Positions 40,164 through 50,343 of a stretch of 64,000 bases of DNA are shown here, in pieces; within the stretch, counting starts at the first letter, position 1, and every line of letters starts with the position of its first letter. Origin of the DNA: Vampirovibrionaceae bacterium NZW_1234. GTDB taxonomy: Bacteria > Cyanobacteriota > Vampirovibrionia > Vampirovibrionales > JAGQHJ01. The stretch is from NCBI GenBank assembly GCA_041697335.1, contig JBGUGD010000002.1, positions 32,001 to 96,000 of the forward strand. The letters run 5' to 3'. Made by a program: the position numbers and the translations under genes. The notes beneath the pieces are model-generated. The model searched no databases, had not been told where the DNA came from, and saw nothing but the letters and a program-made list of their open reading frames with translations.

Positions 40164-41621
40164 ATGGCCAGTCTAGCATCTACCCAGACCAAATATGAAA
40201 CCGTGATTGGGATTGAAGTCCACGTTCAGCTCAAGACCAAAACCAAGCTGTTCTGTGGCTGTTCCACTCAATTTGGTGTTGAGCAAAACCAGAATACCTG
40301 CCCAATTTGTCTTGGGATGCCGGGGGTGTTGCCGGTCTTGAATCAACAGGCGGTTGAGTATGCCATTCTGGCCGGGCTGGCCTTGAATTGCCAAATTGCC
40401 GAAGTCACCAAGTTTGACCGCAAACAGTATTTTTATCCGGATCTGCCCAAGGGATATCAGATTTCCCAGTATGATCAGCCCATTTGCTATGACGGTTACC
40501 TGGATATTCTGGGAACCCGGGTCCGGATTGAACGGGCGCACATGGAGGAAGATGCCGGAAAACTGGTTCACGCTGGCGCTGCCGGGTTGGCTGGGTCAAC
40601 ACATAGTCTGGTGGACTTGAATCGGGCCGGAACTCCGTTGCTGGAAATTGTTAGTGCGCCGGATATTCGCAGCAGTGAACAGGCACGTGTCTATGTTGAA
40701 ACCCTGCGCAATATCGTGCGCTACCTGGGGGTGTGTGACGGGAACCTTGAAGAAGGCTCCATGCGGGCGGATGCCAACGTGAGTATCCGTCCTGTCGGAA
40801 GCTCGACCTATGGCACCAAGACGGAGTTGAAGAATATGAACAGTTTTCGCTCCATTCAGCGGGCCATTGACTATGAAGTTCAACGCCAGATTCAACTGGT
40901 GGAAGAGGGCGAGCGCATTATTCAGGAAAGTCGCCTGTGGAATGAAGCAACCGGTATGACCGCCTCGATGCGCAGTAAAGAAGAGGCTCACGATTATCGC
41001 TATTTCCCGGAACCTGACTTGCGGCCGGTTGTGATTTCACGCGAATGGGTTGAAGAACGCCGACAGTCCATGCCGGAGTTGCCGTTGCAACGTTTGTCCC
41101 GCTTTCAGGAGGCCTTTGGTCTGTCCGAGTATGATGCCGGCGTCCTGGTGGACTTCAAGGAATTGGGTGACTTCTTTGATGCAGCTGCCAAGCACAACAG
41201 CAATTATAAGGCCCTGGCGAACTGGTTGATGGGGGACATTACCGCCTATCTGAAAGCCAACCAAAAAGGGCTGGACGAAACCAAGTTGACGCCCGAACTC
41301 CTGGCCGAACTGGTGAAGCTGATTGATGCCGGAACCATTAATTCTGCGGCTGCCAAAAAAATTCTGCCGGATTTGATTGAGACAGGGGCCTCTCCTGAAA
41401 CGCTCGTGCAACAAAAAGGGTTGTCTCAAATTTCGGATGAAGGGGCTGTGAAGCAGCTGATTGAGCAGGTGTTGGCTCAGAACCCGGCCGAAGTGGAGTC
41501 TTTCCGTAATGGTAAGGAAAAAGTGTTTGGCTTTCTCGTTGGCCAAGTGATGAAAGCCTCTCGTGGAACAGCCAATCCGGAACTCGTCAATCGTCTGATG
41601 ATGGAGCTCCTGAAAGGGTAG
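40164..41621 (+). CDS. gatB: Asp/Glu-tRNA amidotransferase subunit B
   Basis: VIGIEVHVQL, YFYPDLPKGYQISQ, EEDAGK and DYRYFPEPDL. Confidence 0.99.
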   Translation: MASLASTQTKYETVIGIEVHVQLKTKTKLFCGCSTQFGVEQNQNTCPICLGMPGVLPVLNQQAVEYAILAGLALNCQIAEVTKFDRKQYFYPDLPKGYQISQYDQPICYDGYLDILGTRVRIERAHMEEDAGKLVHAGAAGLAGSTHSLVDLNRAGTPLLEIVSAPDIRSSEQARVYVETLRNIVRYLGVCDGNLEEGSMRADANVSIRPVGSSTYGTKTELKNMNSFRSIQRAIDYEVQRQIQLVEEGERIIQESRLWNEATGMTASMRSKEEAHDYRYFPEPDLRPVVISREWVEERRQSMPELPLQRLSRFQEAFGLSEYDAGVLVDFKELGDFFDAAAKHNSNYKALANWLMGDITAYLKANQKGLDETKLTPELLAELVKLIDAGTINSAAAKKILPDLIETGASPETLVQQKGLSQISDEGAVKQLIEQVLAQNPAEVESFRNGKEKVFGFLVGQVMKASRGTANPELVNRLMMELLKG

Positions 41622-41693
41622 CATAATACTCCTGCAGGTGACACTTGGCGTCAATAGGTATTATCGGAAGCAGCAACAGATAAAGAGGGCATT

Positions 41694-42938
41694 ATGACCG
41701 ACATTCTGAAAAAAAGCATTACAGACCTGCCGGATTCGGCATTTGATGGAAAGCGTGTCCTGGTTAGAACCGATTTTAACGTTCCCCAAAATCCGGATGG
41801 TTCTATCTCCAGTGATTATCGAATTCGCGAAAGTTTGCCCACATTGGAGTATCTGTTGCAGCGACAGGCACGTGTTATCGTCATGTCCCACCTGGGACGA
41901 CCCAAGGGTGCGCCGGATCCGAAATATTCCCTGAAACCGGTTTATGAGCGTCTGAAGTCATTGTTACCCAACGCCACGGTTCTTTGGTCCGATGCTGTTA
42001 CCGGTCCCACCGTGAAGGCACAGGTCGATGAATTGCGACCGGGATCCGTGCTTCTGTTGGAGAACGTACGTTTCGAGCCCGGTGAAACCAAGAATGATCC
42101 AGCCTTGGCCAAGGAACTGGCCAGTTATGCCGATATTTATGTGGATGATGCCTTTGGGGCGGTCCATCGGGCACACAGTTCCACGGCGGGTGTCGCCGAT
42201 GCTTTACAGGAGAAGGTGGCAGGGTTGTTGTTGACCCGTGAACTTAAAGCTCTGCATGTCCTGATGACCAGTCCTGATCGCCCTTACACAGCCATTATTG
42301 GCGGAAGCAAAGTGTCAACCAAGATCGATGTCCTTATGGAGCTGCTCAAGTCCGTTAACAATATTGTTATTGGCGGCGGCATGGTGTTTACGTTCCTGAA
42401 GGCCAAGGGATATGATGTGGGCAACTCTCTGGTGGAAGATGATTACATTGAAACGGCCAAAAAATTAATGGACGAAGCCCAGGCTCGTGACAAAGCCATT
42501 GTGTTGCCCCAGGATGTGGTGATTGCCGATAAGTTTGCCGCCGATGCCAATGTCCAGATTGTCACCTGTGGCAGCATCCCGGATGGGTGGATGGGTTTGG
42601 ATTTAGGTCCGGAGTCCACGGAACGGATTATTGGCGTTATCAAGAATTCGAAAACCGTTTTCTGGAATGGGCCTCTGGGTGTGTTTGAATTTCCGGCCTT
42701 TGCCAAGTCCACAGAAATCGTTGCGCGGACGTTGGCTCAATTGACCCAGGAAGGTTTGATTTGCAGTGTTCTGGGGGGTGGCGATACCCAGGCCGCAATT
42801 GAACTCTTCGGGCTCACTCCGGACCGCTTCACACACGTAAGTACAGGTGGTGGCGCTACGCTGGAGCTTTTGGAAGGTAAAGCTCTGCCGGGTATTGTTG
42901 CGCTGAACGATAAAGTTCCAACCGCTACGGGCGTTTAG
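41694..42938 (+). CDS. pgk: Phosphoglycerate kinase
   Basis: RTDFNVP, SHLGRPKG, LLENVRF, WNGPLGVFE and HVSTGGGA. Confidence 0.99.
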   Translation: MTDILKKSITDLPDSAFDGKRVLVRTDFNVPQNPDGSISSDYRIRESLPTLEYLLQRQARVIVMSHLGRPKGAPDPKYSLKPVYERLKSLLPNATVLWSDAVTGPTVKAQVDELRPGSVLLLENVRFEPGETKNDPALAKELASYADIYVDDAFGAVHRAHSSTAGVADALQEKVAGLLLTRELKALHVLMTSPDRPYTAIIGGSKVSTKIDVLMELLKSVNNIVIGGGMVFTFLKAKGYDVGNSLVEDDYIETAKKLMDEAQARDKAIVLPQDVVIADKFAADANVQIVTCGSIPDGWMGLDLGPESTERIIGVIKNSKTVFWNGPLGVFEFPAFAKSTEIVARTLAQLTQEGLICSVLGGGDTQAAIELFGLTPDRFTHVSTGGGATLELLEGKALPGIVALNDKVPTATGV

Positions 42939-43212
42939 GAAAACGAGGAGGACGTGTCGGATCCAGTCCAAAAGGCTGGAGCGAATCGGCCCATTGATTG
43001 TTCAGAATATTGTATTTCAGCTGCTCGGTAATCGTGGGTGGGCTCATTGGGTAACGGCCTTCCAAACGATTGACCTGGATTTGAACAATATCGTTGGTTT
43101 CTCTGGAATAGCCTTTTAGCTCCAACGAATATTCATCGTGGTCTTCGCCCACGGCAAAGGCGGCACCTTGGAGGTTGGCGAGAAGGAGTGTCATGATGAA
43201 CCAGTGTTTCAT
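42925..43212 (-). CDS. Small exported hypothetical protein
   Basis: Signal peptide MKHWFIMTLLLANLQGAAFA; short convergent overlap with pgk. Confidence 0.7.
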   Translation of the reverse strand: MKHWFIMTLLLANLQGAAFAVGEDHDEYSLELKGYSRETNDIVQIQVNRLEGRYPMSPPTITEQLKYNILNNQWADSLQPFGLDPTRPPRFPKRP

Positions 43213-43424
43213 AAGCCTTGGATCCTGTTTGAGACGTCTTTTCTTATCCTACTCAGGTTCTGTCTAAATGCGCCTCGGGGAAATAAAGGATTTCATTGTT
43301 TCGGTTGCGGTGACGTTGTTCTTGAAAGGAAAACCGATGGGTTTGAAACAACATCAACTGGATGATCCGGACGTTGGAATCAAGCATAATAGAGGTTGGT
43401 ATTCGTTTGCAGGATAAGGAATGG

Positions 43425-44063
43425 ATGATGCAGTTTTCCCGGGAAGAACTCGATAGACGGTTGCTGGAGACAGCATCCATTGAAACGCGCATCCAGCTTG
43501 TGGATTCCCCTTTGTATCAAGCATGTTTTGAGCATACTCTTGAACAATCCCAGCTGTTTTTACAGGGCAATCTGTCGCACCGAGACACGGGGCTGATTAT
43601 CATTGATGTTGATGAAACTACATTGGATAATCGCGGCTTTTATGCCCATCCCGAGGTTCAGTACTATGAGGTGGGTCATCCAGAGCAGTATGTCCGGGTG
43701 TGGCATGGGTGGTGTCAGGAGGCCAATGCGCCGGTCATTCCACCCACACAGCGTTGGTTGGACTGGGTTCAACAACAAGGGTTCCAATATGGCTTTGTGA
43801 CGGGGCGTCGTCATAAGCATCACGAATGGACCTGGCAGAATCTGGAGCGGGCCGGAGCCATTACTGCACAATGTGTCGGGTTGTTCTGCCGACCGGATGA
43901 CTGGACCGCTTCCACGGCAGAGTTTAAAACCCACCAATATGGTTTGATAGAGCAGATGGTGGAGAAAAAGATCGTTGCCATTTTGGGGGATCAGCCCGGC
44001 GATATGGGCTGGGACTGCGAGGGCAAGTTTTTGCTACCCTCGTTTGTCCTGCATACGGTATAG
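43425..44063 (+). CDS. HAD-superfamily acid phosphatase (class B/C-like)
   Basis: DVDETTLDN, VTGR, FK and GDQPGD motifs. Confidence 0.88.
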   Translation: MMQFSREELDRRLLETASIETRIQLVDSPLYQACFEHTLEQSQLFLQGNLSHRDTGLIIIDVDETTLDNRGFYAHPEVQYYEVGHPEQYVRVWHGWCQEANAPVIPPTQRWLDWVQQQGFQYGFVTGRRHKHHEWTWQNLERAGAITAQCVGLFCRPDDWTASTAEFKTHQYGLIEQMVEKKIVAILGDQPGDMGWDCEGKFLLPSFVLHTV

Positions 44064-44075
44064 TTCTCAGCGAAT

Positions 44076-44528
44076 CTAGCCGGCGTTAAATTCCTGGAAG
44101 GCGCGATCGGTGGATTCCAGGTAACGCTTGGTATCGTCCAGGACCCGGTTTCGGTCGCCCAGGTATTTTTGCAATTCGGCTTTGGTTCCGACCATAAGAT
44201 ACTGATCCGATGTGCTTTTTGTGCTGGGTGTTTCGGCATGAAAATCCAAGTAGCGCTGATTGTTTCGATCCTGCTTGGGGTCGGGGTGGGACCAATGGCC
44301 GATCCGATAGGTTACTTTGCCCAGAGCGGGCATTTCTTGAGAGGCATTGAAGGCGACTTCGACGGGACGAAACGGACCGAACTCCGGAACCTCACGGTTA
44401 ACACGCGAGGCCAAAATATCGGCCGAATTTAAAATTTCGTTATCCACGGATTTCCCGAAGCGTTGCTTGCCGGTTGCCATGGCACGAGTATCAATTGGGG
44501 TTCGCATTTGAGGGATACTATATACCAT
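44076..44528 (-). CDS. Hypothetical protein (…GKQRFGK…)
   Basis: RBS AGGAGG; 150-aa ORF directly downstream of the RelA/SpoT-like gene. Confidence 0.8.
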   Translation of the reverse strand: MVYSIPQMRTPIDTRAMATGKQRFGKSVDNEILNSADILASRVNREVPEFGPFRPVEVAFNASQEMPALGKVTYRIGHWSHPDPKQDRNNQRYLDFHAETPSTKSTSDQYLMVGTKAELQKYLGDRNRVLDDTKRYLESTDRAFQEFNAG

Positions 44529-44647
44529 TGTTGATTGACCTCCTGATCCACCTGTTCTAGGGGTTGTGTGCGTTTACCATGTTCTTTTGGGCTTGTTGGG
44601 TTTGACTTTAAGACGGTTGAGTGTCTTTGGGCGCCCTACCCCAGCGT

Positions 44648-46393
44648 TTAACTGGGGTAACGGGCATGGGCTTTCTTTGTATGATGATATAAGTCCTGTA
44701 AATGTAAAATGTTGTCAATGCTCAACACAGAACTTAACCCTTCGGGTAACTTGGGTGGTTGGCTGGCGACACCAAGTTCCATGTTGCGGGCGTGGATATA
44801 GCACTCGTTGAGATAGCGGTTGTAGAGCAGACGTTGCTCATCACTGAGAGCGTGAATGGCTGACTCAAAGGGTTTGAATTTTGGTTCTACAACCTTTTTG
44901 CCTGCGGGTGTGAGTTCACGATACAGGTCTTTTTTAATTCCGGCATCGTATGGCAGGTGCTCGGCATCTGCAATTCGGAGGGCGCGTTTTCCGATGATCT
45001 GGATCTCGCCGGTCACGCCATCGCCGTGATCCAAGTAGCCGCAGATGGAGGTAAACGGTGATTTGTCCGGTGCGGCTTCATAATTCCCCATTTTTACTTT
45101 CAGCCCTTTTTCGGCACAGGCGTCTTGAATGCGTTGCATGTGCTCCGGCGTGAAGTAGGGTTTTCCATTGGGCCCTCGCAGGTTATTCAACTGCTTGAGC
45201 TTGACCTTGCCATCGCGTATTCCTTTGACCAGCGCATCAACGACTTTGTTCATGCCTTCAGGCGTTGTATCTCCCACGACTAACCGGGAGCCCAGGGCGT
45301 CCCAGAGGTTATGGCGGGCTTGATCGACGGTGGTGATTTCTTTAATTTTCAGCGGTTGACCGTCTGCCCCGATTTTCACAGGATCCGTGGCCCACCCTGC
45401 CTCGACGGTACGTTGCAAGCGGTTGGCTCCTGAAACCGGCTTCTTGGCGCGAGCCTGGATCTCACCGAGGCCTGCAAAGACTTCCTGCATGACGGCCTTT
45501 TCAGCTGCCATTTTCTTTTCGAGTTGTGGATAAAGTTGCTCCATCAAGGCAATGACTTTCGGATCGCCCCCTTCTGCTACGGCAGGCGTGGTTTTCACTG
45601 CTGTTTCATTGGCCACGCGTGTGGTTTGTCCCTTGGTGGCTGTTTTGTTGGCAGCGGCTGTCTTGGTGACTTTTGCCGCTTGGAACTTGTGGACAACACC
45701 GTGAATGGTGCCACCCATGACGCCACCGCCAATGGCGCCTGCAACGATGGATGACACCCCAGCACTGTGGGCTTCACTCAGGTTCAGGCTGCCCGTCTTT
45801 TTGTAATTGTCATAGGCGCTATGGGCAAATCCGGAAATGTAGCCAATGGCAGCCCCATCTGCAGCCCCATGGGCAGCACCGCCCAGAATGGCTCGTTTCA
45901 GGGTTTGCTGGCCAATGGCTTTAACCGTAATCTCTTTGGTGGCTTCCTTGGTCAGCTGGATACCGAGGCGACTGGCTGCGGTCCCGGCTAATTTGCCAAA
46001 GCCGCCAGGAATGGCGCCAATGGCTGTATCGATCATAACCGTACCCCAGTCAATTTTGCCTGTAGTCAGCTTTTGATCTACGGCACTGGATACTCCTGAG
46101 GCTAAGGCCGCCGCTGCCATGGCCCCTGGCGGTCCACCTGCCAGTCCGCCGACAATGCCGGCACCGACGATGAAACCGATTTTGACAGCCTCTTTACCCC
46201 ATTTTAAATACCAGGGTGTGTTATCTTCCTGATGTTGCTGTTGCTGCTGTTGAACTCGTTGCGGTGCTACAGGTGGGCCAAATTGGTTGAGGCCCATGCC
46301 CGCATCGGGTTGACCGACTGCAAAAAGTCCTGGATTGTGTGGTGCCGCAAAAGGTGCATGCCCCGGAATGACGCGATTCCCTGCTCCTAACAA
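44648..46393 (-). CDS. Polymorphic-toxin-like protein with a C-terminal RelA/SpoT-like synthetase domain
   Basis: Gly-zipper and GKIDWGTVMIDTAIGAIPGG region; C-terminal RAKKPVS, DALGSR, GEIQI and AEHLPYD match RSH synthetase motifs. TTG start with RBS AGGGGGG. Confidence 0.75.
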   Translation of the reverse strand: MLGAGNRVIPGHAPFAAPHNPGLFAVGQPDAGMGLNQFGPPVAPQRVQQQQQQHQEDNTPWYLKWGKEAVKIGFIVGAGIVGGLAGGPPGAMAAAALASGVSSAVDQKLTTGKIDWGTVMIDTAIGAIPGGFGKLAGTAASRLGIQLTKEATKEITVKAIGQQTLKRAILGGAAHGAADGAAIGYISGFAHSAYDNYKKTGSLNLSEAHSAGVSSIVAGAIGGGVMGGTIHGVVHKFQAAKVTKTAAANKTATKGQTTRVANETAVKTTPAVAEGGDPKVIALMEQLYPQLEKKMAAEKAVMQEVFAGLGEIQARAKKPVSGANRLQRTVEAGWATDPVKIGADGQPLKIKEITTVDQARHNLWDALGSRLVVGDTTPEGMNKVVDALVKGIRDGKVKLKQLNNLRGPNGKPYFTPEHMQRIQDACAEKGLKVKMGNYEAAPDKSPFTSICGYLDHGDGVTGEIQIIGKRALRIADAEHLPYDAGIKKDLYRELTPAGKKVVEPKFKPFESAIHALSDEQRLLYNRYLNECYIHARNMELGVASQPPKLPEGLSSVLSIDNILHLQDLYHHTKKAHARYPS

Positions 46394-46731
46394 GAATCTT
46401 CCCCCCTAACTGATCATCTTCCCTTGAAGTAACTACATATTCCTCTGTGGATATAAAAACGTCATTGGTATTATTTGTTGCTATGGTTGTAGAAAGGTGA
46501 ATTAAGTTGTTTTTATCCGGTTTTGAAAACTTCCTGGCTTTTTCAATCCAGGCGGGTATTCATGGCTTCGTCTGTCCCGAATCGGCGGGATTTCTAAGAA
46601 GGGCTCCAAAGTCTGATTGACGCTTGTGATTTAGGTGATACACTGAACAACAATTTAACGTCGTATTTGATACGAATATTGAGGATTCACGTCATTCTGT
46701 TCTCGGTTTTTCCGTCGTTGGAGATGGTTGT

Positions 46732-47055
46732 ATGAGAGTACCCCCGACATCTTCGACCGCTCGACCGGTCGCTCTGTCCTACCCTGCTGGTCATCTTGGT
46801 CATGTTCGGCTTGGGTACTCCGGGATGGCTGATCTGGCGGCGCTTCCTGTTAGGGCTCAAAAGGCCAATGCAAGTGGGCCGCAGATGGGGCAAGCCTTTT
46901 TTGCCCCTGTCGTTTCCACACTCGTTCAGATTGCGGCTGCGGTCATTGCCGCTGTCATCGGTGCCGTGGCCTGGATAACACTAACTGCAACCAAGTCCGC
47001 AACGAAAGCCGATGATACGCAACAGGAAGATAAAGCCAAAGGGACGTTTGATTAG
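46732..47055 (+). CDS. Small membrane protein
   Basis: RBS GGAG; hydrophobic segment IAAAVIAAVIGAVAWI. Confidence 0.7.
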   Translation: MRVPPTSSTARPVALSYPAGHLGHVRLGYSGMADLAALPVRAQKANASGPQMGQAFFAPVVSTLVQIAAAVIAAVIGAVAWITLTATKSATKADDTQQEDKAKGTFD

Positions 47056-47059
47056 GTTC

Positions 47060-48355
47060 CTAACCGATTTTGATTAACCGCGCCATGTAAAACCCATCGT
47101 GATTGAGGCTGGGTAACACATGACGCGCTTCATCCAGGGTAAATTCGGGATGTGATTTTAGAAACGTTTCTATCACGTCCTGATTTTCCGCTTTGTCGAT
47201 GCTGCATGTACTATAGATAATCGCCCCGTTTGGCTTGATATGCTGGGCTGCACTGTTCAACAAGGCGAGTTGGGTTTGGGTGTAGGTGGTAAAGGCCGCA
47301 TCTTTCAGGTTCAATAGTATTTCCGGGTGTTTCCCAATGGTGCCGCTACCCGAACAGGGTGCATCCACCACAATCCGATCAAATTGCTTGCCGAAATCAT
47401 GGAGTGACGTGGCGTCTTGGACAGCAGGGGTGACGATGGAGACACCCAATCGTTCACAATTTTCAGTCAGCAGTCGCAGACGTCGTTCAGAGATGTCAAT
47501 GGCGGTTATATGGCCTTGGTTCTGCATCAGCGCCGCCAGATGCGTAGTCTTGGTGCCGGGAGCCGCTCCGATTTCCAGAATCTCGTGACCCGGCTGAGGG
47601 GCAGTAAAGTGGGCCACCATGGCGGAAGATTCATCCTGAACCACGAAATGACCTTCTTGGTAGCCGGGCAATAAGCTTGGATCGCCAACCCCTTGCGTCA
47701 ACTGAAGTACCTCTGGAATGTTGGGGGATGGCGTTGCGTCTATGCCTTCACGATGGAGGGTTTCCAGGTAGTGGTGCGCAGACGTTTTGAGTGTATTGAC
47801 CCGGATAGAAAGGTTGGGGATACTTTGATACGCAGTGATAATCGCCTGCACCGTGGCCTCGTCGAATTGAGCGTGCAGTCGCTCCAACCACCAGGGCGGC
47901 ACCAGGGTATGAAGCTCCTGAGGCCAAGGTTTGCCCTGGCGCAGATAGGTTTGGAGCATGGCGTTGATAAAGCCTCTGCTTTTGGTGGCGAGGCCCAGGG
48001 AAGAGGCCAGATCCAGGGTGGTTGATGTGGCTGCAAAATCAGGCACGCTATCCATACGTGCCAGTTGGAACAGCCCCATTCTTAACAGCAGGCGGACCTT
48101 GGGGTCCAGCTTTTTCAAAGGCAATTTGCTTTGCTGGTCAATCAGGTGACTCAGGGAAAACCAATGACGGACAATCCCATACGTCAGGTAGGTGCAAAAT
48201 CGTTTCTCTTCTGCGGACGGGCCGTAACGTTTGAACGCCGCGCTTAGTTGCTCTTCGATATGCAGGCGATGCGTCCGCCCCAATTCCAAGGGCATCAGGA
48301 TATCGACGGCAATGCGTCGCGCAAGATTGGGTTTCGTAGACGTCTGCTGAGCCAT
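47060..48355 (-). CDS. rsmB: 16S rRNA (cytosine967-C5) methyltransferase with NusB-like N-terminus
   Basis: VQDESS, AAPGTKT, DAPCSGSG and YSTCS. Confidence 0.93.
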   Translation of the reverse strand: MAQQTSTKPNLARRIAVDILMPLELGRTHRLHIEEQLSAAFKRYGPSAEEKRFCTYLTYGIVRHWFSLSHLIDQQSKLPLKKLDPKVRLLLRMGLFQLARMDSVPDFAATSTTLDLASSLGLATKSRGFINAMLQTYLRQGKPWPQELHTLVPPWWLERLHAQFDEATVQAIITAYQSIPNLSIRVNTLKTSAHHYLETLHREGIDATPSPNIPEVLQLTQGVGDPSLLPGYQEGHFVVQDESSAMVAHFTAPQPGHEILEIGAAPGTKTTHLAALMQNQGHITAIDISERRLRLLTENCERLGVSIVTPAVQDATSLHDFGKQFDRIVVDAPCSGSGTIGKHPEILLNLKDAAFTTYTQTQLALLNSAAQHIKPNGAIIYSTCSIDKAENQDVIETFLKSHPEFTLDEARHVLPSLNHDGFYMARLIKIG

Positions 48356-48623
48356 AGATCTTATTGCTGGGCGAGGGATGTGCTATGGATCATACCAGCT
48401 TTGCGTTCAGGGACCAAGGTTCACGTGCAACCTTTCGGCCGTGAGACGTTGGCAGAGGTTGTGACAAAAAAAAGAAGCTACCGATAAATTTTTCGGTAGC
48501 GTGACTTGGGGAGGAGGTTGGGGAATTCGGGTCACCGATTTGGTTTCGGCTTCCCGTTACATAACTGTCTTCGATCGAATTGTGGAAACCTTTAGGAAAA
48601 AGTCTGTGATTTGGCTTTATACT

Positions 48624-48641
48624 GTTACAAATCTTTATATA
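48624..48641 (+). promoter_or_regulatory. HLR1-like direct repeat between rsmB and the glycosyltransferase operon
   Basis: GTTACAAA-TC-TTTATATA, one mismatch to the consensus. Confidence 0.3.
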
Positions 48642-49013
48642 GTGACATGAAAGCCGCTCTGGATTGTTTTTATGCAAATAGAACATCTCTCTTCTCCTTA
48701 TCTTCTCTCTTTTCTTTTGAAACCCCTATTTTGGGGTTTTTTCTTTTTGTCCAGGTGCTGTCGAAAACGGATACTGCTTGAATCCAGTCCCCCGAATAGA
48801 GGAATTTGAAAAGGAGCTCAAATCGAGCTTGATTCTTCGAAATAGCTTATCCCGATGGGGTTTCGAAGACTTTATTGAAAAAATGTTATTTTAAGATATT
48901 AGGCTAGAGTGACGATAATCGAGGTACTTTCTCTTTGCTGAACTCTACTCTTCTTAAGGAAGAGTTGGCTTTGGCTGAACATTGTGCGGATAACGTTGGA
49001 GTTATGTGGGCTT

Positions 49014-50327
49014 ATGCCAAAAGGTATTCCTTTTTACGAGTATTTTCAGGATCCGGACATAAAAAAGCCCATCGAAGAAATTTATTCCGACCTAGATCGG
49101 TATACGATGGAGACTTACGAGGACGATGATCTGACCCGGTTTACCATTGACCTCTTCGTTTTGATTCCGCCTGTCTTGTATGAAGGTGTGTTTTTGAAGG
49201 GGATGCTCTTTACCCAGTCTGCCGATATGGTGATTCGACGTTATCCTGACGTTCAAAAGCTCTTTTTCGTTATGGCATATTCCATGTGGAGTTCCTACCC
49301 CTGGTCTGCCTTGGCCGACTTTTATTTTACCTGCTATAACAACCCGCAGCGTGATGAGTGGTTCCGATCCACGAATAAAGGACGGGGTGGTAAGGTTCAT
49401 TTACCATTGGAAGACTCTGATTATACAAATGAATATAACATGGCACCTTTGTTGGGCCTGGAAAAAGATATTGATGTCATTGCTGTTGCTCGCTTACATA
49501 TTGGCAAAAATGTACCTATGATTGCTGAGATGATTAAGCTCTACCGTGAAAAGTACAATAAGCCGATTCGTTTAACTCTGGTTGTCGGAAAAGATTTTGA
49601 TATTAACTGGTCTGGTTTAGATGAATCCGAGAAGGAAGAGCTCCGCAAAGTGGAGGCTATCTTGGAACATCCCAATGAATACATTGATTTTGTACCTCGT
49701 ACGTTTCAAATCAGCAGTGATCCCAACATGAAATCTATGCCGCATTATTATTCTCGGGCCAAGGTATGTGTCCTTGGGTCACTATTGGAGGGAAAAAACC
49801 GAAGTATCAAAGAGGCTATGAGCTGCAATGTCCCTGTGATGACGTTTCGTCAGTTTAATCAATATCAGCGCAATGGTGAACCTGCATTTCCTGAGGGCGG
49901 AGGCCTCTATATTCCGGAGTTTGATGTTGAGTCGATGGCTGACACCTTGCATGAGCTTTTAGAAAACTATGGCGATTTTAAACCCCGTCAGCAGTATTTA
50001 CGTCACGCGGGTCGGAAGAAGTTCTTGAATATCTGTATGGATTCAATCCCCTATTATGAAAATAACTTACCAGGTTATGAAAAAGGTGAAAATCATTTAA
50101 ATGAATTTCTTGATCTCGCAATACAAGCGAACTACCAGATCAGTCTCATCGATTTTTTATACGGACGAAACCCTATGATTACTCATCGTCGTGGCCTGGA
50201 AGATGTTGATGGCATGATGGACTTCTTCTTTGTTCGGTTTGGCATCAGAAAGCCTCGTGAAGGACCACCTCCCGGACATCAAGAGGCTACAGGATCGGGG
50301 CAAGCTGCCAATAGCCAGCAAATGTAG
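49014..50327 (+). CDS. GT-B glycosyltransferase, GT4-like (paralog 1)
   Basis: DVIAVARLHIGKN and YSRAKVCVLGSLLEGKNRSIKEAMSCNVPV (E-x7-E). Confidence 0.88.
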   Translation: MPKGIPFYEYFQDPDIKKPIEEIYSDLDRYTMETYEDDDLTRFTIDLFVLIPPVLYEGVFLKGMLFTQSADMVIRRYPDVQKLFFVMAYSMWSSYPWSALADFYFTCYNNPQRDEWFRSTNKGRGGKVHLPLEDSDYTNEYNMAPLLGLEKDIDVIAVARLHIGKNVPMIAEMIKLYREKYNKPIRLTLVVGKDFDINWSGLDESEKEELRKVEAILEHPNEYIDFVPRTFQISSDPNMKSMPHYYSRAKVCVLGSLLEGKNRSIKEAMSCNVPVMTFRQFNQYQRNGEPAFPEGGGLYIPEFDVESMADTLHELLENYGDFKPRQQYLRHAGRKKFLNICMDSIPYYENNLPGYEKGENHLNEFLDLAIQANYQISLIDFLYGRNPMITHRRGLEDVDGMMDFFFVRFGIRKPREGPPPGHQEATGSGQAANSQQM

Positions 50328-50343
50328 TGATAGGAGATTTTTA

